The notes under the pieces: model-generated
The model's database searches: none
What the model was told of the DNA's origin: nothing
The model's input: only the letters and a program-made list of their open reading frames with translations
In this document: one piece after another, positions 44,931 through 55,279 of the stretch
Numbering within the stretch: the stretch's first letter is position 1
Layout of the letters: every line of letters starts with the position of its first letter
Made by a program: the position numbers and the translations under genes
NCBI GenBank assembly: GCA_051871275.1
Contig: JBJECR010000116.1
Span: forward strand, 6,775-70,774
Direction of reading: 5' to 3'
DNA from: Muribaculaceae bacterium
GTDB lineage: Bacteria > Bacteroidota > Bacteroidia > Bacteroidales > Muribaculaceae
Length of the DNA: 64,000 nucleotides

Positions 44931-46010
44931 CTATCCGAATAATGTTGGTAAATCAAATATTTCATCTGTGGTTTTAGAAACTACTTTTGATGAAGATTGT
45001 TGTTTTTTTTGTTCTCCCAAAGAATTTCGTTCCCAAAAAATGCCATCTACATATCCTTGTATAGAACTATCTTTCAAAGAATTTATCAACCTTTTGGCCG
45101 CCCAAAGACAATATTCATGATTTATTTCTACTCCGCAGAACTTTCTACCAAGTTTTTGTGCAACAACAGCGGCAGTTCCACTTCCTAAAAAAGGGTCAAA
45201 AACTTTATCTCCCGGTTTAGTAGAAGCAAGTATAAGTTTTGCATACAATTTCTCCGGTTTTTGTGTAGGGTGATTTGTATTCTCAGGCATAGACCAAAAA
45301 GGAACACTAATATCGTCCCAAAAATTTGATGGATACGTAATGCGGAAATTACCCATATTTGTTTCTTCCCAATCTTTTGGTTTTCCATCAACTCTATACG
45401 GTGCAATAACCTTTCGCTTCATCTTGACAGATTCTACATCAAAGTAATAATTCCTTGGATTCTTGACAGCAAACCAAATATCCTCCATAGAGTTTTTCCA
45501 ATTTGTTTTTGCTCCTCTGCCCTTTTCTCTTTGCCACGTAATGCGATTTACAATAGTAAGCCGTTCTTCTATTACTCGCTGCATTGATGACGAACATTTC
45601 CAATCACCACACATATATAAAGTTCCATTAGGTACCAATTTGTCGCAAACTTTATAAAACCAACTCCTAAGATAGTCCTCATATAAATATGATTTCATAC
45701 TGGAAAACTTATTACCATGAAAATCCTTATCAAGATTATATGGAGGGTCTATTATGATTAAGTTGAAGTATTCGGAGGGGATATAGTCTATGCAATCAAA
45801 CAAGTCTGCATTGATAATGCAATTGTCTGCAAAAGACTTTTTTATAGCATTTTTTGAAAATAATAATTTTTCTAATTCTGGTATTTCATTTTCTGAAACA
45901 ACCAATGTCCTATTTCGCTCTGCCGGATTCTTCTCAACCATTTGATGAATATTTATGTTAAATTTTATTGAAACAATATTGAAAATCACCAAAATGTCTT
46001 TTAATATCAA
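44931..46010 (-). CDS. Beta-class N6-adenine/N4-cytosine DNA methyltransferase.
   Basis: Motif IV IIDPPYN precedes motif I FDPFLGSGTAAV, the circular permutation of the beta class. The start is probably the internal ATG at 45941 (MVEKNPAE...). Confidence 0.9.
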   Translation of the reverse strand: MILKDILVIFNIVSIKFNINIHQMVEKNPAERNRTLVVSENEIPELEKLLFSKNAIKKSFADNCIINADLFDCIDYIPSEYFNLIIIDPPYNLDKDFHGNKFSSMKSYLYEDYLRSWFYKVCDKLVPNGTLYMCGDWKCSSSMQRVIEERLTIVNRITWQREKGRGAKTNWKNSMEDIWFAVKNPRNYYFDVESVKMKRKVIAPYRVDGKPKDWEETNMGNFRITYPSNFWDDISVPFWSMPENTNHPTQKPEKLYAKLILASTKPGDKVFDPFLGSGTAAVVAQKLGRKFCGVEINHEYCLWAAKRLINSLKDSSIQGYVDGIFWERNSLGEQKKQQSSSKVVSKTTDEIFDLPTLFG

Positions 46011-46203
46011 TCAGTTGGGCAACAATTATATTGATATACTAATTTTATATACACAAAGGTGATAGAATAAACTACTGATAATGGAAACCTAATTTTCAAT
46101 TATACTGCAAATTAAAAACTTTTTACCGAAACATTACCTGTTTTTATAAATATTTTTTAACTTTTTAACACTTATCTCACCGATATCTCCTATCCACGTT
46201 ATT

Positions 46204-46818
46204 TCACAAAGACAGCAAACGAGCGGCATTTTGGGCTACAATCCGGATGAGTTCTTCCGGAGTTTGATTGCGTACGGCTGCAATAGTGGTGATGATTTGA
46301 GATATGGAATAGGAAGAAGTGTCCGTTTCCAGGAGAAGGCGACTGTCCGGGATAGCACGCACGGCATCCGGATTAAAACGCTCACCTATAGAGAGATAAA
46401 AACCTGCACGAAGGAGCTGCTCCGCAAGGATTTCCTTGCCGCGAAAACTATGAATAATCCACGGCATCTGAGGACAAAACTTGTTTTTTATGGGAATGAG
46501 CAAATCCGTAGATTTCACGGCATGAATCACGAGCGGCAGACCGTGTTTTTCGCTCATCTGTGCTTGAACCATAAAAATTCGCTTCTGGATTTCTATGTCT
46601 GCCCCGCGAACACGGTCCAGACCGGATTCACCTATTGCCACTACTCTTTTGTCTGCCAAACGGCTCTCCAAAATCACGAAATCCATAGCACTAAACTCTT
46701 TCCACGGGTGAATACCCACAGATATAAATCCCTCACCCTGAGGAATTTCCTCCTCCACGGAAAAAGATGTGACCGCTTCCGTGGAAATGTCTCCGTGATG
46801 ATGAAAATCAAGAATCAT
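46204..46818 (-). CDS. TatD-family metal-dependent hydrolase (short form).
   Basis: DFHHH at the N-terminus, IGESGLD, VIHAV, HSF and ETD motifs in TatD order. Confidence 0.75.
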   Translation of the reverse strand: MILDFHHHGDISTEAVTSFSVEEEIPQGEGFISVGIHPWKEFSAMDFVILESRLADKRVVAIGESGLDRVRGADIEIQKRIFMVQAQMSEKHGLPLVIHAVKSTDLLIPIKNKFCPQMPWIIHSFRGKEILAEQLLRAGFYLSIGERFNPDAVRAIPDSRLLLETDTSSYSISQIITTIAAVRNQTPEELIRIVAQNAARLLSL

Positions 46819-47039
46819 GGCACAGGGTCGTAACCGCTACCACCCCAAGGGTGACAGCGACAAATTCTTTTTATAGCGAGCCAAAGTCCTTTTATGGGTC
46901 CATGCTTGCGAAGAGCCTCAATAGCATATTGGCTGCAAGTGGGAGTATATCTGCAGGAGGCAGGGAGCATGGGAGAAATGCAAAGCTGATAAAACCTCAC
47001 AGGTAAAATCAGGATTGCACAGAAGAATCTTGAGAGCAT
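46815..47039 (-). CDS. yidD: Membrane protein insertion efficiency factor YidD.
   Basis: [31 protein letters not shown]. Confidence 0.9.
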   Translation of the reverse strand: MLSRFFCAILILPVRFYQLCISPMLPASCRYTPTCSQYAIEALRKHGPIKGLWLAIKRICRCHPWGGSGYDPVP

Positions 47040-47419
47040 TGCTGAGCAATTTTACTTAGAATCTTTACCACCGCACGATTTATCTGCTTGTAATCCGTGA
47101 TTTTATCAGCGATATAAACAAAAGCCATATCAATAGGCAAAGATAAACCTCCGAGGATAGCCGGGCGGTTCAAACGATAAGCCTCACGGATTCTCCTACG
47201 CAGCAAAACGCGGTCCACGGCGTGGCGAATTTTTCTGCGAGGAACGGATATAAGAAATTTGGGGGTGTCTGCGTCAGCCTTACGCTTATCGTTCACCCTC
47301 CAAACAATACGCAAAGGATATGCGAGGGCGGCTTTAGAGTCGCCGTCACGCATAAACAGTGCGTCAATAGCAATGGTTGAGCAAAGTTTATGAGCCTTGT
47401 TCAGCCCAAAAGGTTTCAT
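47009..47419 (-). CDS. rnpA: Ribonuclease P protein component.
   Basis: Small basic protein with [24 protein letters not shown] (the RNR-type motif region). It shows conserved synteny immediately upstream of yidD. Confidence 0.85.
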   Translation of the reverse strand: MKPFGLNKAHKLCSTIAIDALFMRDGDSKAALAYPLRIVWRVNDKRKADADTPKFLISVPRRKIRHAVDRVLLRRRIREAYRLNRPAILGGLSLPIDMAFVYIADKITDYKQINRAVVKILSKIAQQCSQDSSVQS

Positions 47420-48165
47420 GAGTTATGCTCCGTAAGATAAGCATCAAGAGCAGCGGTCATAGACGGAGTTTTAGGGTTCGGTGCCTGGAAATCAAGGCGC
47501 AGACCGGCATCTTCCACAGCCTTTGCAGTAGAATTGCCAAAAGCTCCAATCTTAATATCACCCTGGTTAAATTCCGGGAAGTTTTTCAGCAGCGAGTCAA
47601 TACCGGCAGGACTGAAGAAAAGAAGCATATCATAGTCAAAAGCCTCTTCCGGAGTGAAATCGTTGCTCACGGTGCGGTACATCACAGCTTTTTCGTACTT
47701 AATCTTGGTGTTGTCCAGCGGACAAGCCTCGTCTTTATGTACGTCGCTCACTGCATAGATGTAGTTTTCCTTGCAGTGCTTGTTCATATATTGAACCAGA
47801 ACAGGGTCGTCCAGTTTACCTGTAGTTCCGTGGAAAACTTTGCGTTTACGGTAAATGGTGTATTTTTGCAGGTAAAGAGCAATTGACTCTGTGGTGCAGA
47901 AATATTTCATAGTTTCAGGGACAGTGTATCTCATTTCTTCACAGATATGAAAGAAACTGTCTATTGCAGCCTTAGCGGTAAAAATCACTGCCGTACATTC
48001 CGGAATAGAAACTTTCTGCTGGCGAAATTCCTTTGCAGACAATCTTTCCACTTTGATAAACGGGCGGAATACCACCTCAACGTTATGTCGCTGTGCGATA
48101 TCGTAATACGGCGACTTATCGTTTGACGGCTTCGGTTGGGATACTAAAATTTTCTTTACGCTCAC
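47416..48165 (-). CDS. Uroporphyrinogen-III synthase (HemD)-like protein.
   Basis: Two-lobed HEM4-like pattern (ILVSQPKP ... IFTAKAAIDSF ... LLFFSPAGIDS ... IGAFGNSTAKA). The position next to rnpA and DUF4271 is common in Bacteroidota. Confidence 0.7.
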   Translation of the reverse strand: MSVKKILVSQPKPSNDKSPYYDIAQRHNVEVVFRPFIKVERLSAKEFRQQKVSIPECTAVIFTAKAAIDSFFHICEEMRYTVPETMKYFCTTESIALYLQKYTIYRKRKVFHGTTGKLDDPVLVQYMNKHCKENYIYAVSDVHKDEACPLDNTKIKYEKAVMYRTVSNDFTPEEAFDYDMLLFFSPAGIDSLLKNFPEFNQGDIKIGAFGNSTAKAVEDAGLRLDFQAPNPKTPSMTAALDAYLTEHNS

Positions 48166-48197
48166 TTCGCTAAAATCTTTTGATTTTTGTTAACAAA

Positions 48198-48974
48198 TTA
48201 TCTACACAAAAGCCGTACTTCCGCGTAGATTACTATCAAAGGTATTATTTCGAGAGTGCAAAGGTACAAAATAAAATAAAGCAAAGAGTAAATTTCGTCA
48301 AAAAAAATTCGAAAACCTTTCACGATAAACAGCGATTTCACGCCTAAAAACAGGCATAAAGCCGTGATTATCATTGCATTAGTGAATGGAGGGTAAAAAA
48401 CGGCTATTAGAGTGGGGAGAATCAGAAGCAGCGAGCTGACAGACGACGAAATGTTGTAACCTCTCAGCCAAAGCTTTGTTGCTTCCTTGTCTGCAAACAC
48501 GGCTCCCACCACAAAATATGCGGACACCTGAAAGGCGTAAAGTCCTGCCGTGAGCAGCACTGTTTTGCCGAGTGCACCGCTGATAATCCCCTCAAAACCG
48601 AAATGCGAACGGAAATGGAGATATAGGAGTATCGCCTGGCACACACAAAGTTGCAAAATCAGCACAAAAGAGGCACGAAGTTCATTTGCAGTATGGTCGT
48701 CAAAAGCATTTGAGCGACGGCGCACACCTATCAGATCCTCCTGAATATTCTTGAACATTCTGCTGCAATGGTGATAATTCAGGACTACCGCCACTATAAA
48801 TGTGAGAAGCACCGCAGTGAGAGGATAACTGTCTCCGGGAGATGAATTACGCTCCACAGGCGTCTCTCCTTGCAGATAGCCTATTCTGCCCGTTGCACAC
48901 AGCCGAGCGTCCTCCACAGACGAGGGTGCGTCCATGGCAGAACACTTGTGTATGCAAAAGGGTATAGGTTCCAT
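48198..48974 (-). CDS. DUF4271-like polytopic membrane protein.
   Basis: There are ~6 predicted TM segments. The position downstream of ftsZ and upstream of the hemD-like gene matches other Bacteroidota. The start codon is uncertain. Confidence 0.65.
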   Translation of the reverse strand: MEPIPFCIHKCSAMDAPSSVEDARLCATGRIGYLQGETPVERNSSPGDSYPLTAVLLTFIVAVVLNYHHCSRMFKNIQEDLIGVRRRSNAFDDHTANELRASFVLILQLCVCQAILLYLHFRSHFGFEGIISGALGKTVLLTAGLYAFQVSAYFVVGAVFADKEATKLWLRGYNISSSVSSLLLILPTLIAVFYPPFTNAMIITALCLFLGVKSLFIVKGFRIFFDEIYSLLYFILYLCTLEIIPLIVIYAEVRLLCR

Positions 48975-49072
48975 ATCTGTTTTTGCCTATATCAGCGTGG
49001 TCAGAGCTTAATATTTCAAAAATCTATCTGCTTGCTATTATATAAGAGCCAATTATATAAAAGCCGGATTTA

Positions 49073-50404
49073 TCAGAAATTTATCTCCTTACCAGCTTTG
49101 AGTTCACCGTCTTCAGCCTCGGAATCGTCGGCAACTTGCTCTTTAGCCATAGCCTTGAATCTATCCACGATTGTCTTGTCTCTGTTGTAAGCCGGATATT
49201 GCTCCAGAAGTTCAAGAATAGACTCATCGTCAATCTGCTGCGGAGAGAGAATAAAGAAACGCTGACGCTCAGCCTTAAATCTCTGAGTGGCATCTTTACC
49301 ATAGGTTTCAATTATTTTCTGTTCGTAGCCGTCGTTTTTCTGTGCTTCCTGTTCTGCATCGGTTTGTTCCGCTTTTGCTGCGTCATCTTGCTCATAGTCG
49401 CCGTTTGAGTCGGTATCAAAGCCTGCAGCGAGTACGGAAACTTTAATTTCCTCGTTCAGAGTATCGTCTTGATAAACACCCCAGATGTAAGTCTTGTTTT
49501 GAGTGAAATTGCTCATAAACTGAGTGAGCTGGTTCACTTCCTGAGTTTTGAACGGGCGTTTAGAGTCCTTGTTGAAGTGGATACAGATAAGGATACGCTT
49601 GGCAGTGAAGATATTCTTGTTTTTGAGCAACGGAGAGTTCAAAGAATTGTTTATAGCCTCCGTGATTCTGTTTTCTCCCGTACCATAGCCTGTAGAAATA
49701 ATTGCAGTACCACCATTACGCAGAGTGGTGCAAACGTCTTGCAAGTCACAGTTTATGTAGCCTTGCATATTGATAAGGTCCGAAATACTTTTTGCCGCAT
49801 TGCATAGAGTTTCGTCAGCCTTATGGAAAGCATTCATAAAGTCCAGGTCCGGATAGATGTCGATAAGACGCTCATTGTTCACAACAAGCATCACATCAAC
49901 GTATTTGCTCATTTCCTCAGCACCTGCAAGGGCGGATTTAATTTTTTCAAAGCCCTCAAAGAGGAAAGGAATTGTGACGATACCCACGGTGAGAATACCA
50001 CGAGCTTTGGCGATACGTGCCACAACGGGAGAAGCACCCGTACCTGTTCCTCCACCCATACCGGCAGCGATGAACACCACCTTTGTGGAATCGTTGAAAA
50101 GAGCCTCAATAGCAGCCGCACTCTCTTCCGCAGCCGCACGAGCCTTTTCCGCTATCGCCCCTGCACCGTTACCGCCGCAAGTTTTGGGGCCGAGGAGTAC
50201 CTGTGTAGGCACGTTCGAGCCTTGCAGAGCCTGACGGTCCGTGTTTGCAATAGCAAAGGTTATATCTTTGTAACCTTGGCTGTACATATAGTTTACGGCA
50301 TTACAACCACCGCCACCAACACCAAGCACTTTTATCTGTACCGGAGCAGGTTGATTTTTACTACCGTTAAAATTGTTTGTATCTGCGATATCTTCTATTG
50401 TCAT
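49073..50404 (-). CDS. ftsZ: Cell division GTPase FtsZ.
   Basis: GGGTGTGASPVVA tubulin signature, NTD, and an acidic linker plus C-terminal peptide. Confidence 0.97.
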   Translation of the reverse strand: MTIEDIADTNNFNGSKNQPAPVQIKVLGVGGGGCNAVNYMYSQGYKDITFAIANTDRQALQGSNVPTQVLLGPKTCGGNGAGAIAEKARAAAEESAAAIEALFNDSTKVVFIAAGMGGGTGTGASPVVARIAKARGILTVGIVTIPFLFEGFEKIKSALAGAEEMSKYVDVMLVVNNERLIDIYPDLDFMNAFHKADETLCNAAKSISDLINMQGYINCDLQDVCTTLRNGGTAIISTGYGTGENRITEAINNSLNSPLLKNKNIFTAKRILICIHFNKDSKRPFKTQEVNQLTQFMSNFTQNKTYIWGVYQDDTLNEEIKVSVLAAGFDTDSNGDYEQDDAAKAEQTDAEQEAQKNDGYEQKIIETYGKDATQRFKAERQRFFILSPQQIDDESILELLEQYPAYNRDKTIVDRFKAMAKEQVADDSEAEDGELKAGKEINF

Positions 50405-50439
50405 GATTCAAAAGTTTTAAGCCTATTAAAAATGTGTTT

Positions 50440-51768
50440 TTAGTCCTCAGGGTCATTGTCTGAGAGCAAATCTTTAAGACGGTCCAGGATAGACCTTGTG
50501 TTTGCCTTGTGAGGTTTGGCAGGTTTTTCGTCTTCCTCCTCATCAAGAGTCACATTTTCCTCCTCACCTATTCTGGACTTGTCGTTTTGCTCTTCCGCCG
50601 GTTTTTCTTCCGGCACGGCAAGCATGCTGGTTTTAACTTTGAGTTTTTCCGCATGAGCCAGGAGAGCGATAATATCAACATGGTCCGACGGACGGAGAGT
50701 TTTATCGCATATTTCAATATCTGCAGCAGGTTCGGCAGTACGGATTTTGAGTCCTGTCTGTTGGCTCAAGAGGGAATTGAAGCCCACAAGTTTGGAACCA
50801 CCGCCTGCAATAATTATTCCGCAGGGCAAATCTTCCGCCTTAAGTCCGGCGTACGTCAGTTGCTCGTTAATATTAGCCACAATTTCACTTGCACGAGCGT
50901 AGATATAATTATTAACCTCCTCATTTTCAGAGTTTGACGCCTTCTGTTCCGGATCAATATTTCCAACGGCTTTTTTGAGTTCTTCCGCAGTGCTTTCCAG
51001 GCAAGAGCGGAGAATCATAATGTCGCGAGTGATGTTTCGCGAGCCTAAAGGCAGAGTGACAAGGTAACGGAGCCTTTCGTTTTTATAAATGGAAACAGTG
51101 GTGGTTTCCGCACCGAAATCCACAAGCATACACCCGAGTTTTTTCTCTTCATCTGTCAGAACGTGGCTTGCAAGAGCTATAGGGAGAATAGGATATTTCT
51201 GCACTTGGAGTACATTTTCCTCATCTGCCGACTGATTTTCAAATACTCTTGCCAGATTTATTTTAAGTTGCGGATTGCAGTACACAACATTCATGGAAGC
51301 ACTGATGGAATTGCAGAAAATACCCACGGGATTTTGCTGCAAAGTGCCGTCAACCACAAAGTCACGCAGAAGCACTTTCACCACTTCCTTGTCACGCACA
51401 CCATCTTCGCCTATTTCACGACGAATGTCACGGATTATTTCTTCCGTAATTTTAGTTTCTTCCGTAAATTTCTTTTCCGCGGATTTCACTGTGGAACGCA
51501 GTGTGTGTCCGGAGAGCGAAATAAGTGCCGTTTTAATCTTGTTTGGAGCAATTTTTGGATTTTCCTCCAGTTTGCGGCGGATAGACACAATGTGAGAATA
51601 GACGTCTGCCGGCTTTCTCACACAACCGTAGTGAACGATATCGTTCGCACGTTCCTCTTCAATAGCTATCACAGACATTTTGCCTGTCAAGGAATCCACA
51701 GACGCCACAGCTCCCTTAATCTTGGAGCTTGCAATTTCAAATGCTGCAATATATCTTGTTTCTGACAT
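50440..51768 (-). CDS. ftsA: Cell division protein FtsA.
   Basis: Actin/HSP70-fold blocks (IAAFEIASSKI, LVDFGAETTTVS, IIIAGGGSKL). It is located between ftsQ and ftsZ. Confidence 0.93.
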   Translation of the reverse strand: MSETRYIAAFEIASSKIKGAVASVDSLTGKMSVIAIEEERANDIVHYGCVRKPADVYSHIVSIRRKLEENPKIAPNKIKTALISLSGHTLRSTVKSAEKKFTEETKITEEIIRDIRREIGEDGVRDKEVVKVLLRDFVVDGTLQQNPVGIFCNSISASMNVVYCNPQLKINLARVFENQSADEENVLQVQKYPILPIALASHVLTDEEKKLGCMLVDFGAETTTVSIYKNERLRYLVTLPLGSRNITRDIMILRSCLESTAEELKKAVGNIDPEQKASNSENEEVNNYIYARASEIVANINEQLTYAGLKAEDLPCGIIIAGGGSKLVGFNSLLSQQTGLKIRTAEPAADIEICDKTLRPSDHVDIIALLAHAEKLKVKTSMLAVPEEKPAEEQNDKSRIGEEENVTLDEEEDEKPAKPHKANTRSILDRLKDLLSDNDPED

Positions 51769-51822
51769 AATTGTGGTGTATTATTATATGGTTGTTTTTT
51801 ATTTATTCTAATATACTGAGTA

Positions 51823-52707
51823 TCAACTTGTTTTCTTTTTATTCTTTTTGATAATTCCCGTTTCTCCCTCCGGAAGCGGCACTATGCTTTCATCTATTTC
51901 GCCTTCCATTTCCGTGGAATCCGGCTCAGCGGTGAGCACTGGAACAGGACTTGCTTTTTTGCGTTTTGTGGCTACCACCTGGCCGTCCCATTTAAGCGAG
52001 ATTGTGTCGTAGTACTCCCACCCTTTTTTCTTCATGATAGCGGAGTAAAAACACTTGAGGCGTCGCATCTTGTTTTCCAGATTATTAGCCTTTCCGAGGT
52101 TTACCACATGATTTGAAATCATAGGCACGGCAATGATGTCGCCGTTATCCGCCACACTGAAAGAGGTGAAATAGTTGTCGTAGTCCTTATTGCCGTTTAT
52201 GAAGTCCAGGAGAGGCAAATAGTCATGGATTTGCCCTGCACTGTCCATGTGAGCAATGAGAACGGGAACGTCCGCCCTATAAGCATAGTCTGCAAAAAGG
52301 CGTTTTCCGTCACGGTTCACATAGTACGAGTCACCGCGGTCAATAAGCCTTGCCACAGGCTGCATAGCCAGAATATCAACACTTATATACACGGAATCCG
52401 CACTGTATTTTCTCACCACGTTTGCCCACTCGATGTTGTCAAACTTATTTAGGTGACATTCAATAGTATCAATATCAATGCTATATACAGGCACTCCGGC
52501 TGTGTATGAACAAACTTCACGGATTCTGTCCAGGGCATCTTCCGCTTTCACAAAACGGTTTTCCGGGTCGATAAGATGAATTTTCACACCTGCGGAACGA
52601 TCCTGAGCAGCCTTAATGTCGCACAAGGTAATGCTCACCGATAGGTATGCTATCAGGAGTATTGAAAGAATCATGTATATTATCGCCTTGCGTGACATAT
52701 TATTCAA
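51823..52707 (-). CDS. ftsQ: Cell division protein FtsQ.
   Basis: Single N-terminal TM helix followed by a POTRA-like domain. It is located between murC and ftsA. Confidence 0.8.
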   Translation of the reverse strand: MNNMSRKAIIYMILSILLIAYLSVSITLCDIKAAQDRSAGVKIHLIDPENRFVKAEDALDRIREVCSYTAGVPVYSIDIDTIECHLNKFDNIEWANVVRKYSADSVYISVDILAMQPVARLIDRGDSYYVNRDGKRLFADYAYRADVPVLIAHMDSAGQIHDYLPLLDFINGNKDYDNYFTSFSVADNGDIIAVPMISNHVVNLGKANNLENKMRRLKCFYSAIMKKKGWEYYDTISLKWDGQVVATKRKKASPVPVLTAEPDSTEMEGEIDESIVPLPEGETGIIKKNKKKTS

Positions 52708-52728
52708 TCGGGTTCGTTTATATCTTTT

Positions 52729-54111
52729 TTATTGCCTTTGCTTTCGGGCATTTTCCACTATTTCCGGCAGCAGATTCACCATATCACCGGCACCTGCCGT
52801 CAAAAGGACTTCAAAGTTACAATTTTTTATTGTATCTATCAAATCCGACTTGACTATCAAACGTTTTTGCGGTGCTTTTATGTCGTCGAAAATAATTTTA
52901 GACGTCACCCCGGGTATCGGTTCTTCTCTTGCGGGATAAATATCCAGGAGCACCACCTCATCTGCAAGCGAAAGTGCCTGAGCAAACTGCGGAGCGAAGT
53001 CGCGAGTGCGTGTATAGAGGTGCGGCTGAAAAGCCACAGTGAGTTTTCTATGCGGGTAAAGTGCTTTTACAGAGGAGATTGAGGCTTTCAGTTCATCCGG
53101 GTGATGTGCATAGTCGTCTATAATCACACGTCCGTTTTCACCGGGTTCTTTGAGGTAAAATTGAAAGCGGCGTTCCGCTCCCATGTAAGACGCCAAAGCC
53201 TTTTTTGCAGACTCGGGGTCAAATTCTTTGAGGCGAGAACAAGCAGCCACTGCGGCAATGGCATTTTCAATATTTATTTCCACAGGCACACCGAGGTTTA
53301 CGTCTTTTATCACCATTTCCGGTGTGACAATGTCAAAGACTATTTCGCCATTTCCGCGGCGAATATTTTCCGCATGGAAATCTCCTTCATCACGGGAGTA
53401 CGTAAACACCTTAACTCCCTGTTTTTGACGCGGTTTCATCTTAAGCCCCGTGTGGATAATCAGGTAGCCGTCGTCGGCTATCAGTTCCGTGAAATGAGAA
53501 AAACTTTCCAGGTACGCTTCTTCCGTGCCATAGATATCCAGATGGTCCGGGTCCGTGGCGGTTACCACGGCAATGTATGGCGAGAGATGATGAAAAGAGC
53601 GGTCAAACTCGTCTGCTTCTATCACGGAATATGGTGATTTTGCATTTAAGATAAAATTACTGCCGTAATTTCTCAGCACACCGCCCAGAAAAGCGTTGCA
53701 GCCTGCACCCTGAGTGCAAGTGAGGATATGTGCAGCCATAGAGGAAGTGGTAGTTTTGCCGTGTGTGCCGGAAAAGCAAAGGCTATGCGAATTTCTGGTC
53801 ACCTCACCCAGCACTGCGGCACGCTTCACAACGTCAAAACCGCCGTTGCGGAAAAATTGCAGTCCGCGGTGTTCTTCCGGGATTGCCGGGGTGTAAACCA
53901 CAAGTGTTTCTTCGGGGTTACGGAAATCCGCCGGGATAAGTTCCGGGTCATCGTCAAAGAATATTTTTACGCCCTCTTTTTCAAGTGCTGCCGTGAGTGG
54001 AGTAGCGGTCTTGTCGTAGCCTACAATTTTGCAGCCGAGTGAGAGGAAATAGCGTTCCAATGCCGCCATTCCTATACCGCCTGCTCCTATGAAATACAAT
54101 TTGCTTTTCAT
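52729..54111 (-). CDS. murC: UDP-N-acetylmuramate--L-alanine ligase.
   Basis: GAGGIGMAAL, GTHGKTTTSSM and DDYAHHP. Confidence 0.95.
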   Translation of the reverse strand: MKSKLYFIGAGGIGMAALERYFLSLGCKIVGYDKTATPLTAALEKEGVKIFFDDDPELIPADFRNPEETLVVYTPAIPEEHRGLQFFRNGGFDVVKRAAVLGEVTRNSHSLCFSGTHGKTTTSSMAAHILTCTQGAGCNAFLGGVLRNYGSNFILNAKSPYSVIEADEFDRSFHHLSPYIAVVTATDPDHLDIYGTEEAYLESFSHFTELIADDGYLIIHTGLKMKPRQKQGVKVFTYSRDEGDFHAENIRRGNGEIVFDIVTPEMVIKDVNLGVPVEINIENAIAAVAACSRLKEFDPESAKKALASYMGAERRFQFYLKEPGENGRVIIDDYAHHPDELKASISSVKALYPHRKLTVAFQPHLYTRTRDFAPQFAQALSLADEVVLLDIYPAREEPIPGVTSKIIFDDIKAPQKRLIVKSDLIDTIKNCNFEVLLTAGAGDMVNLLPEIVENARKQRQ

Positions 54112-54126
54112 TGCCTTAATTATCTT

Positions 54127-55236
54127 TTATTTTCCGGAATCTTTGCGAGATTCCAAAATTTCATAGACTTTTTCCACAATTTTTGTTGCGGCACCGGGGA
54201 GTGCCATTTTGAGTGCATTTTCCGCAAGAGTCTGTCGCTTTTTTTCGTCTGCCAGGAGTGCAACCACCTCTTTTGCAAGGTCTTTTTCACAGTCGGCATC
54301 AAGCACCATCACGGCGGCATCACGGTCTGCCAGTGCTTGTGCATTTTTTCTCTGGTGGTCCTCAGCCACGTTTGGCGAAGGAACAAGCACGGAAGGCATA
54401 CCCACAAGTTGGATTTCTGAAATTGTGCTTGCTCCGGCACGCGAAATCATCACGTCGGCAGCCCTGTAAGCGAGGTCCATACGGCTTATAAAAGCCATAG
54501 CGGTGACGTTTTCCTTGCCGCTGACTTCCGCTATGCACTCTTTTGCATACAGTTTGCCGGTTTGCCACAGCAGTGAAGCCCCGGCTTCCAAAATTTGCGG
54601 ATAAATCTTTTTTATAGTGTCGTTTATAGTTCTTGCACCCAGGCTACCGCCTACGGAAAGCACGAGCGGACGACTTGGGTCAAAGCCGAGTTGGCGTTTT
54701 GCTTCTTCTTTTGTGATATCGGAGTTCACAATGTTTGCACGGACAGGGTTTCCCGTGAGAACAATTTTTTCTGCCGGGAAAAACTTTTCCATTCCCTCGT
54801 ATGCCACACAGATAGCGTCTGCACCTTCAGCGAGAAGTTTGTTTGTCTTTCCGGCGTATGAATTTTGCTCCTGTATAAGTGTGGGAATACCCAGTTTTTG
54901 AGCCTCCTTGAGAGTAGGTCCGCTGGCATATCCACCCACTCCAATCACAATATCCGGTTTGAAGTCCAAAAGGATATTTCTTGCCATTCTCATGCTCTTG
55001 AACAGTTGCCACAGCACCTTTATATTGCGGAAAATATTTTTGCGGTCAAAGCCCATAACAGGCAAGCCGTAAATAGGATAGCCTGCCTCCGGAACGCGTG
55101 TCATTTCCATTCTGCCTTCCGCTCCCACAAAAATGATGTCTGTAGTACACTTTTCCGTGCGATGCAGTTCGTTTGCTATGGAAATGGCAGGAAAAATGTG
55201 TCCACCTGTACCTCCGCCACTTATTATTACTTTCAT
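54127..55236 (-). CDS. murG: Undecaprenyldiphospho-muramoylpentapeptide beta-N-acetylglucosaminyltransferase.
   Basis: GGGTGGHIFPAISIA and SRAGASTISE. Confidence 0.95.
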   Translation of the reverse strand: MKVIISGGGTGGHIFPAISIANELHRTEKCTTDIIFVGAEGRMEMTRVPEAGYPIYGLPVMGFDRKNIFRNIKVLWQLFKSMRMARNILLDFKPDIVIGVGGYASGPTLKEAQKLGIPTLIQEQNSYAGKTNKLLAEGADAICVAYEGMEKFFPAEKIVLTGNPVRANIVNSDITKEEAKRQLGFDPSRPLVLSVGGSLGARTINDTIKKIYPQILEAGASLLWQTGKLYAKECIAEVSGKENVTAMAFISRMDLAYRAADVMISRAGASTISEIQLVGMPSVLVPSPNVAEDHQRKNAQALADRDAAVMVLDADCEKDLAKEVVALLADEKKRQTLAENALKMALPGAATKIVEKVYEILESRKDSGK

Positions 55237-55279
55237 TATTTCTAATTTAATTTGTAATATCTTATATCGTAAAACATTA

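Noticed and set aside
46204-46818. The TatD-family gene is only 204 aa, so it might be a truncated pseudogene.
   Set aside because: The metal-binding motifs occur in the right order from DFHHH to ETD. The ORF is uninterrupted and overlaps yidD by 4 nt, as in an intact operon. Short TatD-like forms exist, so there is no evidence of decay.
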